The notes under the pieces are model-generated. The model had not been told where the DNA came from, searched no databases, and saw nothing but the letters and a program-made list of their open reading frames with translations. Positions 18,996 through 27,794 of a DNA stretch of 34,223 bases are shown in pieces. Positions within the stretch are counted from its first letter, which is position 1; each line of letters begins with the position of its first letter. This stretch comes from a virus (taxonomy: Duplodnaviria > Caudoviricetes): the IMG/VR virus record IMGVR_UViG_3300037465_000255, positions 1 through 34,223 of that record; one strand, written 5' to 3'. The position numbers and the translations under genes are program-made.

Positions 18996-19372
18996 GGGGG
19001 ATCCTCCGTGACACGGATTTCGATTGCGGTTGGGGGTTCGGCCGGGATCGCCTCGATCGCCGGCATGATCCAGTCGAGGCCGGACTGGTGGCAGAACTCG
19101 TAGATGGCGAGCTTCATCTCGTCGGGGACCAGCGCCCAGGCGAGAGCCAGCGCGGGCGCTGCCACGATCAGGCGGGCATTGCCGGCAGCCTCGACCGGCG
19201 GGCCGCCGAAGACGTCGAGGTCGCAGACGTTGAAGCCGCGCACGCCCTCGTAGCGGACGTAGCGGCCGGACAGGCTCAGGCACCAGGGCCCGGGCGTGTT
19301 ATCGAAGCGGAGCGCAGGCGCTTGTTCCGCTGGGGGATTGATGGGGACGCCGAAGGGGTCTAGGATTACCAT
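18983..19372 (-). CDS. Conserved phage hypothetical protein (TPGPW...NARLIxAAP family)
   Basis: TPGPW and NARLIVAAP motifs common in phage early genes; GGAGG upstream. Confidence 0.7.
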   Translation of the reverse strand: MVILDPFGVPINPPAEQAPALRFDNTPGPWCLSLSGRYVRYEGVRGFNVCDLDVFGGPPVEAAGNARLIVAAPALALAWALVPDEMKLAIYEFCHQSGLDWIMPAIEAIPAEPPTAIEIRVTEDPPCNR

Positions 19373-19436
19373 TGTCCCTGCCTCCGTTTGCCAAAGGGAT
19401 CACGGCCCGGGCTGTACCACCAGCCGCGGGCCAATT

Positions 19437-19508
19437 TCATTTCGGCAGGATTTGCACCTGCACCCTCCCGGCTACATGCCGGGCGCTCGCACGCTGAGCT
19501 GCGGCGTC
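19437..19508 (-). tRNA. Degenerate tRNA-like element (TGT at anticodon position, Thr-like pseudo-tRNA)
   Basis: Minus strand GACGCCG CA GCTCAGCGTGCGAGC G CCCGG CATGTAG CCGGG AGGGT GCAGG TGCAAAT CCTGC CGAAATG A; D, anticodon and T stems pair, acceptor stem only 3 of 7. Confidence 0.55.
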
Positions 19509-19745
19509 AGACGGCAGTTACTTCGCGCTTGACGTGGCGTTGCGCTGCCAACCTCTCACGGCTAAGTGCCGGGCTTCGCACCCGGCCGGCGGTTCGTTTT
19601 GAGGCTTGCCCCCGCTGAGGACTGCCCTGGCAAGTCACCGGCGTTGCCGCCGGGAGAGGCCTCCCCAAGTTCGCTCAGCCATGAACTGGTGCCCTGGGGT
19701 CCCACGCTCAACCTCCGTGATCTCTCGGGGCCTCCATCCCCGCCA

Positions 19746-19925
19746 CTAGCTCCACCCGCCCGACGAACGGGGAACTTGGTGGTTCGCGGCCGCCCCGGCG
19801 TGCCCAAGGGGGCGGAACCCCGAGGTGCTCCCGTGCCGGAGCGGCGCCAGCACGCCGGCGAGCACGAGCAGCACGGCGACGGCGAGCAGGGCGACGAAGA
19901 AGCATTTGGCTGCGTTGGCTCTCAT
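19746..19925 (-). CDS. Small membrane protein (59 aa)
   Basis: AAGGA RBS, MRANAAKCFFVALLAVAVLLVLAGVLAPL. Confidence 0.45.
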   Translation of the reverse strand: MRANAAKCFFVALLAVAVLLVLAGVLAPLRHGSTSGFRPLGHAGAAANHQVPRSSGGWS

Positions 19926-19965
19926 GGCTTGGTCCTTTGGCTTGGGCAGTGGGCGATCGAGTCGA

Positions 19966-20226
19966 TCACGCGGCGGTCGCTCGCCGGCGGCCGCGGCGGG
20001 GCTTGATTCGTTCGTTGGCCTGTTGCTCGCGGTAGGCCTTGGCGGCCGGGGCGCCGCCGCGCTTCATGGCGGCGACTTCGTCGCCGTCGAAGTAGTAGCG
20101 CTGCCCTTGGCTCCTCCGGCCGCTCGTCGTGTGCGCCATGAGGATGCCCGTGTGCACATACGCACGGATCATTGACGGCGAAACGCCGAGCTCTTCCGCG
20201 GCTTCTCGGGTCGTCATCCTCTTCAT
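19966..20226 (-). CDS. Excisionase-like / MerR-type HTH DNA-binding protein
   Basis: MTTREAAEELGVSPSMIRAYVHTGIL...RYYFDGDEV; divergent from integrase. Confidence 0.8.
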   Translation of the reverse strand: MKRMTTREAAEELGVSPSMIRAYVHTGILMAHTTSGRRSQGQRYYFDGDEVAAMKRGGAPAAKAYREQQANERIKPRRGRRRATAA

Positions 20227-20267
20227 TGGTTCCCACCATTGGGGATGGTTTCGGTCAGTTACCCGAC

Positions 20268-20295
20268 AAGGTAACGGATACGGTTTCGGTGTCAA
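20268..20295 (-). promoter_or_regulatory. Putative sigma70 promoter for the leftward early operon
   Basis: Minus strand TTGACA-16 bp-TACCTT upstream of the HTH gene. Confidence 0.5.
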
Positions 20296-20328
20296 GCAGA
20301 ATTTCCCAAATTCTGTAGGATAGCACCG

Positions 20329-21913
20329 ATGGCGCACCTGTTTCGGCCGATCACGGTGAAGGCGATTCCGGCGGCAGCGCAGAAGTGCAGCTATCGCGGC
20401 AAGCGCGGCGTGCGCTGGCGCAACCGCGGCGGCGAGTGGATCTACGCCGAGCTGACGAAGGACGGCCGCAAGGTGCGGGTCAAGAGTCCGTTCTGGTGGG
20501 TCGAGTGGACGGACGCCGGCGGGCTGCGGCAGCGCGAGCGGGTGAGCCCGAACCGCTCGGCCGCCGTGCACCGCATGGGCGAGATCGTCCGCGACGTGGA
20601 GCGCGAGCGCGGTGGCCTGGCCCCGCTCTCCCGCGCAACCACGGCCGAGACGATCCAGTCGCTCGCCGAGGAGTACCGCGATCACCTGCGGGCCCAGGGG
20701 CGCACGCCGAAGCACTACCTGCAGACCTCCGACCAGGTGGCGGCCGTCGCCAAGGAGTGTAGCTGGATCCGCGGTCACGGTGGCGGCGTGGAATCGTTGG
20801 GTGACCGCGCAGACCCAGCCCGCCGGCGAGCGGCCGGGCATGGCGGCCGAGACGGTCAATCACTATCTCCGGGCACTGCGCGGTTTCTTCCGCTGGCTGG
20901 TCCGCTGCCGGCGTCTCGGCGCCGATCCGCTCGGCGCGGCGAACCTGCTCAACCCCAACGCCGATCGGCGGGTGAAGCGGCGGGTGCTGACGCCGCAGGA
21001 GTTTCACACTTTCATCGACACGACCCGATCCTCGGCGAAGTGCTGGTCGTTCCTCGACGGCCCGGCTCGAGCCGCACTCTATCTGGCCGCCGCCCGGACG
21101 GGACTGCGGGCCGGCACGCTCGCCAAGCTCCGCCCCGAGGACCTGCGCCTCGACGACGACCTGCCGCACATCCCGACCGAGGCGCACCAGCAAAAAAACC
21201 GCCGCGCGCACAAAGCGCCGATCACCGCCGACCTGCTCGCCGAGCTGCGGACCTGGCTCATGTGCCGCCGGCCCGGGGAATTGCTCTGGCCGGGCAAGTG
21301 GCACACGCAGAACCGCGCCGCGTCGATCGTCCGCCGCGACCTGGCCGCGGCCGGGCTGCCGGTCAGGACCGCCGACGGCGTGTATGACTTTCACGCGCTA
21401 CGCGGCCAGTGCGGAACGGATCTGGCGCGGGCTGGCGTGCCGCTGACGGTGACACAGCAGTACCTCGGGCACTCGACGCCGGCGCTTACGGCGAAGTACT
21501 ACGTCCACCTCGGGCTGTCGGATCTGGCGGGCGCTGCGGAACAGTTAGGGCGACGGTTAGGGCATAACCGGCGGCCTCGTCGATTACGGCTGGTGGCCGG
21601 CGCACGCTGGTGCCGCCGGTGGCCGGCCGGCTGGCCTGGGCCGGTAGCTCTCGACGTCGCTGATCCGCAGGAGGTAGACTCGGCCGACGGGGAGCGCTGG
21701 CAGCTCGCCGGCCCGGATCCACTTCTGCACCTGGTTTTCGCTGCGGCCGAGCTTCAGCGCGGCCTCCTCGACCGTGCAGAGCCCAAAGCCGGCCAGGGTG
21801 AGCGCACGCATCGTCTGACTCCCGTATCACTATATTATACTCTCCAGGGGATTATTTTGGATTTTCGCGGATTCCCCGGAACAAATCGTCCTGTCGAGCG
21901 TATATATATATAG
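20329..21913 (+). pseudogene. int: Tyrosine integrase, split by a frameshift near 20765
   Basis: N-terminal and core-binding domains in ORF 20329; catalytic TGLR, FHALR, LGHS and KYY in ORF 20612 (different frame). Confidence 0.85.
21584..21811 (-). CDS. Excisionase-family HTH_17 DNA-binding protein
   Basis: TVEEAALKLGRSENQVQKWIRAGELPALPVGRVYLL; GGGAG RBS. Confidence 0.8.
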   Translation of the reverse strand: MRALTLAGFGLCTVEEAALKLGRSENQVQKWIRAGELPALPVGRVYLLRISDVESYRPRPAGRPPAAPACAGHQP

Positions 21914-21920
21914 TAGAGAG
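21825..21920. promoter_or_regulatory. AT-rich divergent promoter region with (TA)6 run
   Basis: Minus-strand TATAAT near 21833-21838 and a TATATATATATAGT tract in a GC-rich context between divergent genes. Confidence 0.55.
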
Positions 21921-22001
21921 GACGACTGATCCTCGACCCGACCCGCGACGGGTGCTCTTCGCGGGGGATGTCAGCGGCCTATCCGCTGCGAGGGCAAGCA
22001 C

Positions 22002-23294
22002 ATGTCCGCGACCGAAACCACCAGCAGCAGAATCCCCAGTGACGAGCAGGCCCTCCGGGCCGCGATTGCGGCCGCGCCGCACGACGACGCGCCGAAGCTG
22101 ATCCTGGCCGACTGGCTCGACGAGCACGGCGCCGAGGTGGTGGTGCCACAGGTCAAGCTCCAGCGCGGCTACGATCGCTGCGATCAATGCCGGCGGGTGC
22201 CGTGCGAATTGTGCGGCGCGCTCATGCCGCCGTTGCGCGGGCCCAAGGTGTGCTCTGCCTGCCGGCCAGCGCGACGCGCCGAGCAGGCGCACGCGAGCTA
22301 CCTGCGCAACGCCGAGGCCGTCAAACGGCGCAGCGCCGAGCGGGCCAAGCGCGAACGGGCTGCCGGCAACCCGGTATACGCCGCGCAAGACAAGCGCAAG
22401 TGGGCCAGGATAAAGGCCGATCCGGCCAAGCTCGCGCAGGCGCGGCAGAAGGCACGCGACTGGTGGGCTGCCAACCGCGAGCGCATCCTCGCCGAGCGGG
22501 CTGCCAAGCGCGAACCGTGGCCGGAGCGCGAGTGCCCGGAGTGCGGGCGCTCGTACTCTCCCAAGCGGCCGCAGTCGGTCTATTGCTCAATGGGCTGCCG
22601 GCGGGCCGCAGCCCTTCGGCCGCGGCCAGTACTGCCGGCCAAACCGTGCGTGCATTGCGGCGCGGAGTTTGTGCCGTCGCATCCGCGCCGGCTGACCTGC
22701 TCGGCGGCGTGCCGCAGCGAGCGGCACCGGCAGCAGATCGAGCAGCGGGCGCGCGAGCAATACCTCGCTGGCCTGAGCGAGGCGGCCCGTCGGATCGCCG
22801 AGCGTGAATCGACGGCGACTGATCGGCGGGTGCCGTGCCGCTATTGCGGCACGCCGTTCCTGCCCGGCCGCCGCAAGCGAAAGCGATTTTGCGGTCGGCC
22901 GTGCAAGGAGGCATTCCGCGCCGAATCGACCGCAACTAGGCCGTGTGTCGTCTGCGGCAGAGAGTTCGCTGGCCGCAAGCGGACGGACAAGACCTGTTCG
23001 GCGAACTGCGCGGCCGAGCATAAGCGGCGACTGGAGCGCGAGCGGCTAGCGCGGAGCGAGTCGGCCCGGGCGGCGAAAACGGAGCGCGAGCGCGCCCGCG
23101 TCGATCGCGACTCGTACACCTGCCGAGTCTGCGGCAAATCGCTGGCTGACAGTCCGGACCTCCGGACCAATCGTTACACCTGTTCGCCGGAGTGCCGCCG
23201 GGAGGCGCTCCGGCAAAAGAGCCGACGAAGCTACCTCAATCGAAAGGGACGACAACCATCAGCGGAGAATTGCGGCCACTGCCGGCCAATCTAA
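22002..23294 (+). CDS. TIGR02996-domain protein with six CxxCG...CxxxC-type zinc fingers
   Basis: DEQALRAAIAAAPHDDAPKLILADWLDEHG; CELC, CPEC, CVHC, CRYC, CVVC and CRVC modules. Confidence 0.8.
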   Translation: MSATETTSSRIPSDEQALRAAIAAAPHDDAPKLILADWLDEHGAEVVVPQVKLQRGYDRCDQCRRVPCELCGALMPPLRGPKVCSACRPARRAEQAHASYLRNAEAVKRRSAERAKRERAAGNPVYAAQDKRKWARIKADPAKLAQARQKARDWWAANRERILAERAAKREPWPERECPECGRSYSPKRPQSVYCSMGCRRAAALRPRPVLPAKPCVHCGAEFVPSHPRRLTCSAACRSERHRQQIEQRAREQYLAGLSEAARRIAERESTATDRRVPCRYCGTPFLPGRRKRKRFCGRPCKEAFRAESTATRPCVVCGREFAGRKRTDKTCSANCAAEHKRRLERERLARSESARAAKTERERARVDRDSYTCRVCGKSLADSPDLRTNRYTCSPECRREALRQKSRRSYLNRKGRQPSAENCGHCRPI

Positions 23295-24025
23295 CGAGCG
23301 TATCGACGGCCGACCTGCGCGCGGCCCTGGCCCGCGGCCTGACGCGGACGGCTGGCGAGCTGGCCCAGCTCGGCATGATCTGGGCAGAGCTGGAGCGGCG
23401 CGGCGAGGACCTGTCGGAGCTGCGCCGCGAGGTGGGGACGTCGATCCCGCTGATCGCCGCCGGCGTCCTCGCGGCCGAGGTGGTCGTGGCCTTCGCCGGC
23501 CGGCCGTCTCTTTGGCGGGCGCTCGTCGGCTTGCCGCTGGAACGGCAGCGGGCAATCGCCGGCGGCGAGCCGCTGCCGCTGGTCGTGGACGCCGGCGAGG
23601 GCGAGTTCGCCGTACGCCCCTTACCGGCAGGAGCGCTCAGCACCAAGCAGGTGCGGCAGCTCTTCGGCGTCGGCGAGGTGCGCGGTCAGGACGAGCAAAT
23701 CGCGTATCTCGCGGACCTGACGACGCCTAGTCGGCCGCCGCGGGCCAAGCCGGCGCCTCCCGAGCGGCACTACCGTGTCCGCGCCGACCCCGAGCGAGGC
23801 GGCCTGTGGATCGGCAACGCGTTCGCCGCGCACGCCGAGATCGTCGCGGCGCTCGCCGACTTGGCAGGCCCTTTGAGCGTGCTCAATCTGGACCAGGAAC
23901 ACGAGTCGGCGACGGTGCGTCTGTCCGCGGCCGAAAAGAAAAAGCTCAAGGCCGCCGAGAAGCGGCGCGGCTTACCCGAGTGGCACCTGATCCGCGAAGC
24001 GCTCCGCGCCTGCGGACTCATTTAG
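23258..24025 (+). CDS. Phage hypothetical protein with C-terminal ribbon-helix-helix-like motif
   Basis: WAELERRGEDLSELR motif; C-terminal TVRLSAAEKKKLKAAEKRRGLPEWHLIREAL; start uncertain (ATC after GAAAGGGA). Confidence 0.65.
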   Translation: MSGELRPLPANLTSVSTADLRAALARGLTRTAGELAQLGMIWAELERRGEDLSELRREVGTSIPLIAAGVLAAEVVVAFAGRPSLWRALVGLPLERQRAIAGGEPLPLVVDAGEGEFAVRPLPAGALSTKQVRQLFGVGEVRGQDEQIAYLADLTTPSRPPRAKPAPPERHYRVRADPERGGLWIGNAFAAHAEIVAALADLAGPLSVLNLDQEHESATVRLSAAEKKKLKAAEKRRGLPEWHLIREALRACGLI

Positions 24026-24035
24026 GAGAATGGTC

Positions 24036-24677
24036 ATGACTGATCGAGAACGACAGTTTGCAGCGCTGGGCCTGGAGTACGCCGAAGGCATCGACCTGGC
24101 CAGCGTGGTCACGCTCCCAAGCGGTCGCGAGGTCCGCAAGACGGACGGCGGCAAATGGGAGGCCCAGCCGTGGAACGACAATCACTGGCGTGAGTTTGAC
24201 GACTTGCTCGCCGCCTGTGAATTCGCCACGCCGCCAAAAACTCAGGATGCGCCAGCGCCGTCACGCTGCGCAGAATTCCGGCTCACCCGGACCGGCAAGC
24301 CAGCGCTCGTGTTCGCCGGCGAACTGATCGCTGGTGCGACCAGCTTCATTCCGGTCAACGGCGGCGCGCTGCAAAACCGCTGGCACGAGCTGGCGGTCTA
24401 TCGCACCGCCGGCGGCAAGTGGGTCGCAGCCGTCGGCTTCCGATCGTGCTGGCAAGGCGAGCACGATCACGATGCCGCGGAGATTTTCGCCAGGCCGGAC
24501 CAGCTCGTCTCGTGGTTGCTCAGGTACAGCCCGCGCGACCACTGGCTCGGCTACCCGGCCGGCGCGGCCTACGCGGAACGGCAGGCGCGAATCGAGGCGG
24601 AGATCCGCGGCGGCTATGAGCGCGCCGTCTCGGCGCTGCTGGCCGGATTGCCGGAGGCCGACGAGCGCGTGCGCTGA
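24036..24677 (+). CDS. Hypothetical protein
   Basis: AGGAG RBS; RWHELAVYRTAGGKWV motif. Confidence 0.65.
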   Translation: MTDRERQFAALGLEYAEGIDLASVVTLPSGREVRKTDGGKWEAQPWNDNHWREFDDLLAACEFATPPKTQDAPAPSRCAEFRLTRTGKPALVFAGELIAGATSFIPVNGGALQNRWHELAVYRTAGGKWVAAVGFRSCWQGEHDHDAAEIFARPDQLVSWLLRYSPRDHWLGYPAGAAYAERQARIEAEIRGGYERAVSALLAGLPEADERVR

Positions 24678-24856
24678 ACAGGCGCCTGTTCCGGCGGCGC
24701 ATCGCGCATCGCCTCGCACCGGATGCCGAAGCCCCGGAGCAGGCACTTGAGCGCCCGGCGCATGCGGACGCTGGCCGGCACGCCGCCCCAGCCCGGCAGC
24801 GGCCGCAAGAGGAACCAGGTCGGACCGAAGTCGTCGATCTCGCGCGGGCCGGCCAT
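24614..24856 (-). CDS. Small hypothetical protein
   Basis: TGATG coupling; LRPLPGW...VRMRRALKCLLRGFGIRC. Confidence 0.5.
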   Translation of the reverse strand: MAGPREIDDFGPTWFLLRPLPGWGGVPASVRMRRALKCLLRGFGIRCEAMRDAPPEQAPVQRTRSSASGNPASSAETARS

Positions 24857-25377
24857 CAGTCCACCTCGCCAACGTCGCCCACCTCGCGCACGGTGAGCCG
24901 CGCTCCGGCCACGGGGACGGCCCACGTCTCCGCATCCATGCGGACGATCGTCCCAGGCGCCCACTCCAGGCTCACCGCCCAGACCGGCCGCGGCAGCTCG
25001 AGCGTCGCGATCGCCGCCGGCGACACGACGAGGCCCACGTGCCAGCGGCAGAGGTTGTCGCCGCCGAGCTGGATCTGCTCGCGGTACCAGCTCGGGTTGG
25101 CCGGCTGCGCGCGGACGCCGTAGAGGACGTGGCTCGGATCGGCGGGCCGGTAGTCGACGGGATCGGCGATCATCCACAGCGAGCCGCCCGGGCCGGCGCG
25201 GAACACGGTGCCGATCGGCAGCGCGCCGACCGGGCGGGGCGCGGGCATGGCCGGCAGCCGATCGACGTGGACGCGCAGCCCCGGCTGTTGTGCCGGCGCG
25301 ATCAGCGCGCCGGCGACCAGGAGCGCGCTGGCCGCGGCGGCGATCGCCAGGCCGATCGGTCGGGTGTGACGAGTCAT
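24856..25377 (-). CDS. Secreted hypothetical protein
   Basis: N-terminal signal-peptide-like stretch. Confidence 0.6.
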   Translation of the reverse strand: MTRHTRPIGLAIAAAASALLVAGALIAPAQQPGLRVHVDRLPAMPAPRPVGALPIGTVFRAGPGGSLWMIADPVDYRPADPSHVLYGVRAQPANPSWYREQIQLGGDNLCRWHVGLVVSPAAIATLELPRPVWAVSLEWAPGTIVRMDAETWAVPVAGARLTVREVGDVGEVD

Positions 25378-25407
25378 GTTCAGATCAATCCTAGCGGTCA
25401 GCCGTCG

Positions 25408-25758
25408 CTAGCTCGGCACGCGCCAGAGCGCCTTGATGGTCAGCTTGCCGCCGCCGCTCTCGTTGACGGTGCAGGCGATCTCGTAGGGCGCCTCGCGCGC
25501 CGTCGTCGGCGTGATGCGCACCTTGACGCCTTTGCCGTTGGCCACGGTGCGCGTGGTGCCGTCCTGCTTGTACTCGGTGAACGTGCTGGAGATGACCTCG
25601 GGCGTGCCGAAGGTGAGGCCGGCGACCGCAGGCATCACCGGGCTGCTGATGGTCGCGCCGGCCTGGACCTCGCTGAATTTGGAAAAGTCGAAGCAGTAGA
25701 GCGCGCCTGCCTCGGTCGTGTACTGCTCGTGCGTTTCGAGGTCGCGGATGACTGGCAT
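25408..25758 (-). CDS. Putative fiber-tail adaptor protein
   Basis: 116 aa, YCFDFS...GATISS...YEIACTV pattern, directly after fiber-like gene. Confidence 0.5.
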   Translation of the reverse strand: MPVIRDLETHEQYTTEAGALYCFDFSKFSEVQAGATISSPVMPAVAGLTFGTPEVISSTFTEYKQDGTTRTVANGKGVKVRITPTTAREAPYEIACTVNESGGGKLTIKALWRVPS

Positions 25759-25761
25759 GGC

Positions 25762-27201
25762 TCACTCCGGTCCGATGATGCGCCGCGGCGGCCGCGGCAG
25801 GACGATGCGGGATGGCATCGCGCCCTGGACGATCCGCGGCGGCACGGTCGCATCCACGATCGCGCCGCGGTTGGCCGCGGCCGATCCGTAGGTCAGCGTC
25901 GCGTCCTGGCCGGTCAGCGTGTAAGCGCCCGAATTCGCGGTGAGCAATCCGGCCTTCCGCAGCGCGACCGTCGAGCCGGCGAGATCGTAGGCGCCGGAGT
26001 CGGCGGCGAGCTTGCGCCCCGCGAGGAGGCCGGCCGCTGTGCCAGTGAGCGTGTAGCTGCCGGAATCAACGGCGAGTTTTCGGCCGGCGAGCAGGCCCGC
26101 GGTCTGGCCGGTGAGCGCGTAGGCGCCGGAGTCGGCGGCGATCTTGCGCCCGGCGAGCAGGCCGGCTGCCGTGCCTGTGAGACTGTACGAGCCGCTGGCG
26201 GCATCCAGTCGGCGGCCGTGTTTGAGGGCGGCGTCAGAGCCGGTCAGCGTGTAGGCGCCGGAGTCGGCGGCGATCTTGCGCCCAGCGAGCAGTCCGGCCG
26301 CTGTGCCGGTCAACGTGTAAGATCCGCTGGCGGCGTCCAGTCGGCGGCCGTATTCGAGAGCCGCGGCCGTTCCGGTGAGGACGTAGGCGCCGGAGTCGGC
26401 CGGCATGACGATGCCGCCGCCAGCCGGCACGAATACCCGCACCACCCGCCGGCGCTCCAGCAAGTCGCAGCCGATCAACTTCTGGACCATCGGCTGCGGC
26501 AGCGGCCAGTCCCAAATCAGGCACCGCGCCAGACGCATCGTGGACGGGTAGGCGCCGGTCGGGTACGATCCAATGCTGGCGGTCGCATTCACCGCCGTCT
26601 GATCCAGTTCGTTGTTCGCGCCGAGAGTGGCCGTCCCAAGGCTCACGCCGTCCTTGTGCCATTCCAGCGCGGTTCCGTTTCGGACCACTGTCAGCCAGTA
26701 GTACGTGCCGCTGGTCAGCGTGCCGCGCGCGACGCTTGCGAAATTGCCGCCGCCGGCCGGCGACGCGTTGTAATAGATGTTCGTGCCGTCGATGTACGCG
26801 AAATACGTCATCAGGTGGGCTTCACTAGCGCTAACAGCGCCAAACACCACGCCGTCGCCGGCATCGCGCCAATCGACCAGGAAGGCGCACGTATGGATCG
26901 TGCCGTAGTTCTTGGACGACACATCGACGCGATCGTTCGTGCCGTCGAAATCGAGCACCCGTCCCGGCCCGCCCGGACTGCCGCCCGCGTTCGGGCTGCC
27001 GATCTGCGACCACGCCGTCGCCAGCGCGAAGTTGGTCAGCGTGCCATGATTCTTGTTCGGACCAACGTCGCGGACCTGGTTGCCCTGCTCGCCGAGGCTT
27101 GGCGCCCAACAGGAGAGCAGGCCGCGCCACAGTTCGGGATGCGCGGATTCACCGGCATCGCGAGCGTAATCGTCCAGAGTTGGCCGTGAAGCTAGACTCA
27201 T
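25762..27201 (-). CDS. LamG/concanavalin-like virion protein with repetitive stalk (fiber/adhesin)
   Basis: NHGTLTN, LDFDGTNDRV and WHKDG LamG motifs; eight 22-aa ADSGAYTLTG repeats. Confidence 0.75.
   Translation of the reverse strand: MSLASRPTLDDYARDAGESAHPELWRGLLSCWAPSLGEQGNQVRDVGPNKNHGTLTNFALATAWSQIGSPNAGGSPGGPGRVLDFDGTNDRVDVSSKNYGTIHTCAFLVDWRDAGDGVVFGAVSASEAHLMTYFAYIDGTNIYYNASPAGGGNFASVARGTLTSGTYYWLTVVRNGTALEWHKDGVSLGTATLGANNELDQTAVNATASIGSYPTGAYPSTMRLARCLIWDWPLPQPMVQKLIGCDLLERRRVVRVFVPAGGGIVMPADSGAYVLTGTAAALEYGRRLDAASGSYTLTGTAAGLLAGRKIAADSGAYTLTGSDAALKHGRRLDAASGSYSLTGTAAGLLAGRKIAADSGAYALTGQTAGLLAGRKLAVDSGSYTLTGTAAGLLAGRKLAADSGAYDLAGSTVALRKAGLLTANSGAYTLTGQDATLTYGSAAANRGAIVDATVPPRIVQGAMPSRIVLPRPPRRIIGPE
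25885..26403 (-). repeat. Eight degenerate 66-bp coding tandem repeats
   Basis: (A/D)ADSG(A/S)YTLTGTAAGLLAGRK(I/L) period of 22 aa. Confidence 0.9.
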
Positions 27202-27779
27202 TGCACTTCGTAGACAAACGGAATGAGCACCTGATGCGCCTCAACGTCGTCGGCCTCAAACGCATCGCCGCCGTTGTTGACGACGATCAACTGACCGTAG
27301 CGCGGCAGCGGGAAACCACCGAGGGTAACCACTCCGTTTTGCACGACCGCGCCGTCGTGCGTGAAGAGCGACCCGACGTAGATGCACTGTCTGAGGAATT
27401 CGGCCAGCGTGATCGAGCCGAGCGCGCCGTCGGGAGCCGCCGCGTCCGCGCCGGAATTGCCGGCCACGTTGCCCGTGCCCTGCGTGGTCGAGGTCGATGG
27501 CGCGATATAGTAGTCGATCCGTCCAGTCGCGCTCGGCGTCTCGCCGGTGTAATCGACGCAGCCATACAGCTCGAATCCATCCGGCCCAGTCGCCAAGCCG
27601 CCCCACAGATCGCCCTTGATCGACTGTCTCGCCGCGCCACTGGCAACGGCACTGAGCGTCAGAGCCAGGTCCGTCGGCGTACCAACCGTCCAATTGGTTC
27701 CCGGATCGGCCGGGCTGAACGACGCGGCGACGCAGAAGCGAATCGCGGTTCCGTATTTTTTGCGGACTTCGTTGGCCAC
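27198..27779 (-). CDS. Hypothetical virion structural protein
   Basis: 193 aa beta-rich; GAGGA RBS; ATGA coupling to LamG gene. Confidence 0.6.
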   Translation of the reverse strand: MANEVRKKYGTAIRFCVAASFSPADPGTNWTVGTPTDLALTLSAVASGAARQSIKGDLWGGLATGPDGFELYGCVDYTGETPSATGRIDYYIAPSTSTTQGTGNVAGNSGADAAAPDGALGSITLAEFLRQCIYVGSLFTHDGAVVQNGVVTLGGFPLPRYGQLIVVNNGGDAFEADDVEAHQVLIPFVYEVQ

Positions 27780-27794
27780 TGGTCACATCCTCAC

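Noticed and set aside
22002-23294. HNH homing endonuclease call for the Zn-finger protein
   Set aside because: No HNH catalytic motif seen
25885-26403. Periodic repeats as a CRISPR array
   Set aside because: In-frame 66-bp coding repeats with synonymous variation, no unique spacers, no cas genes
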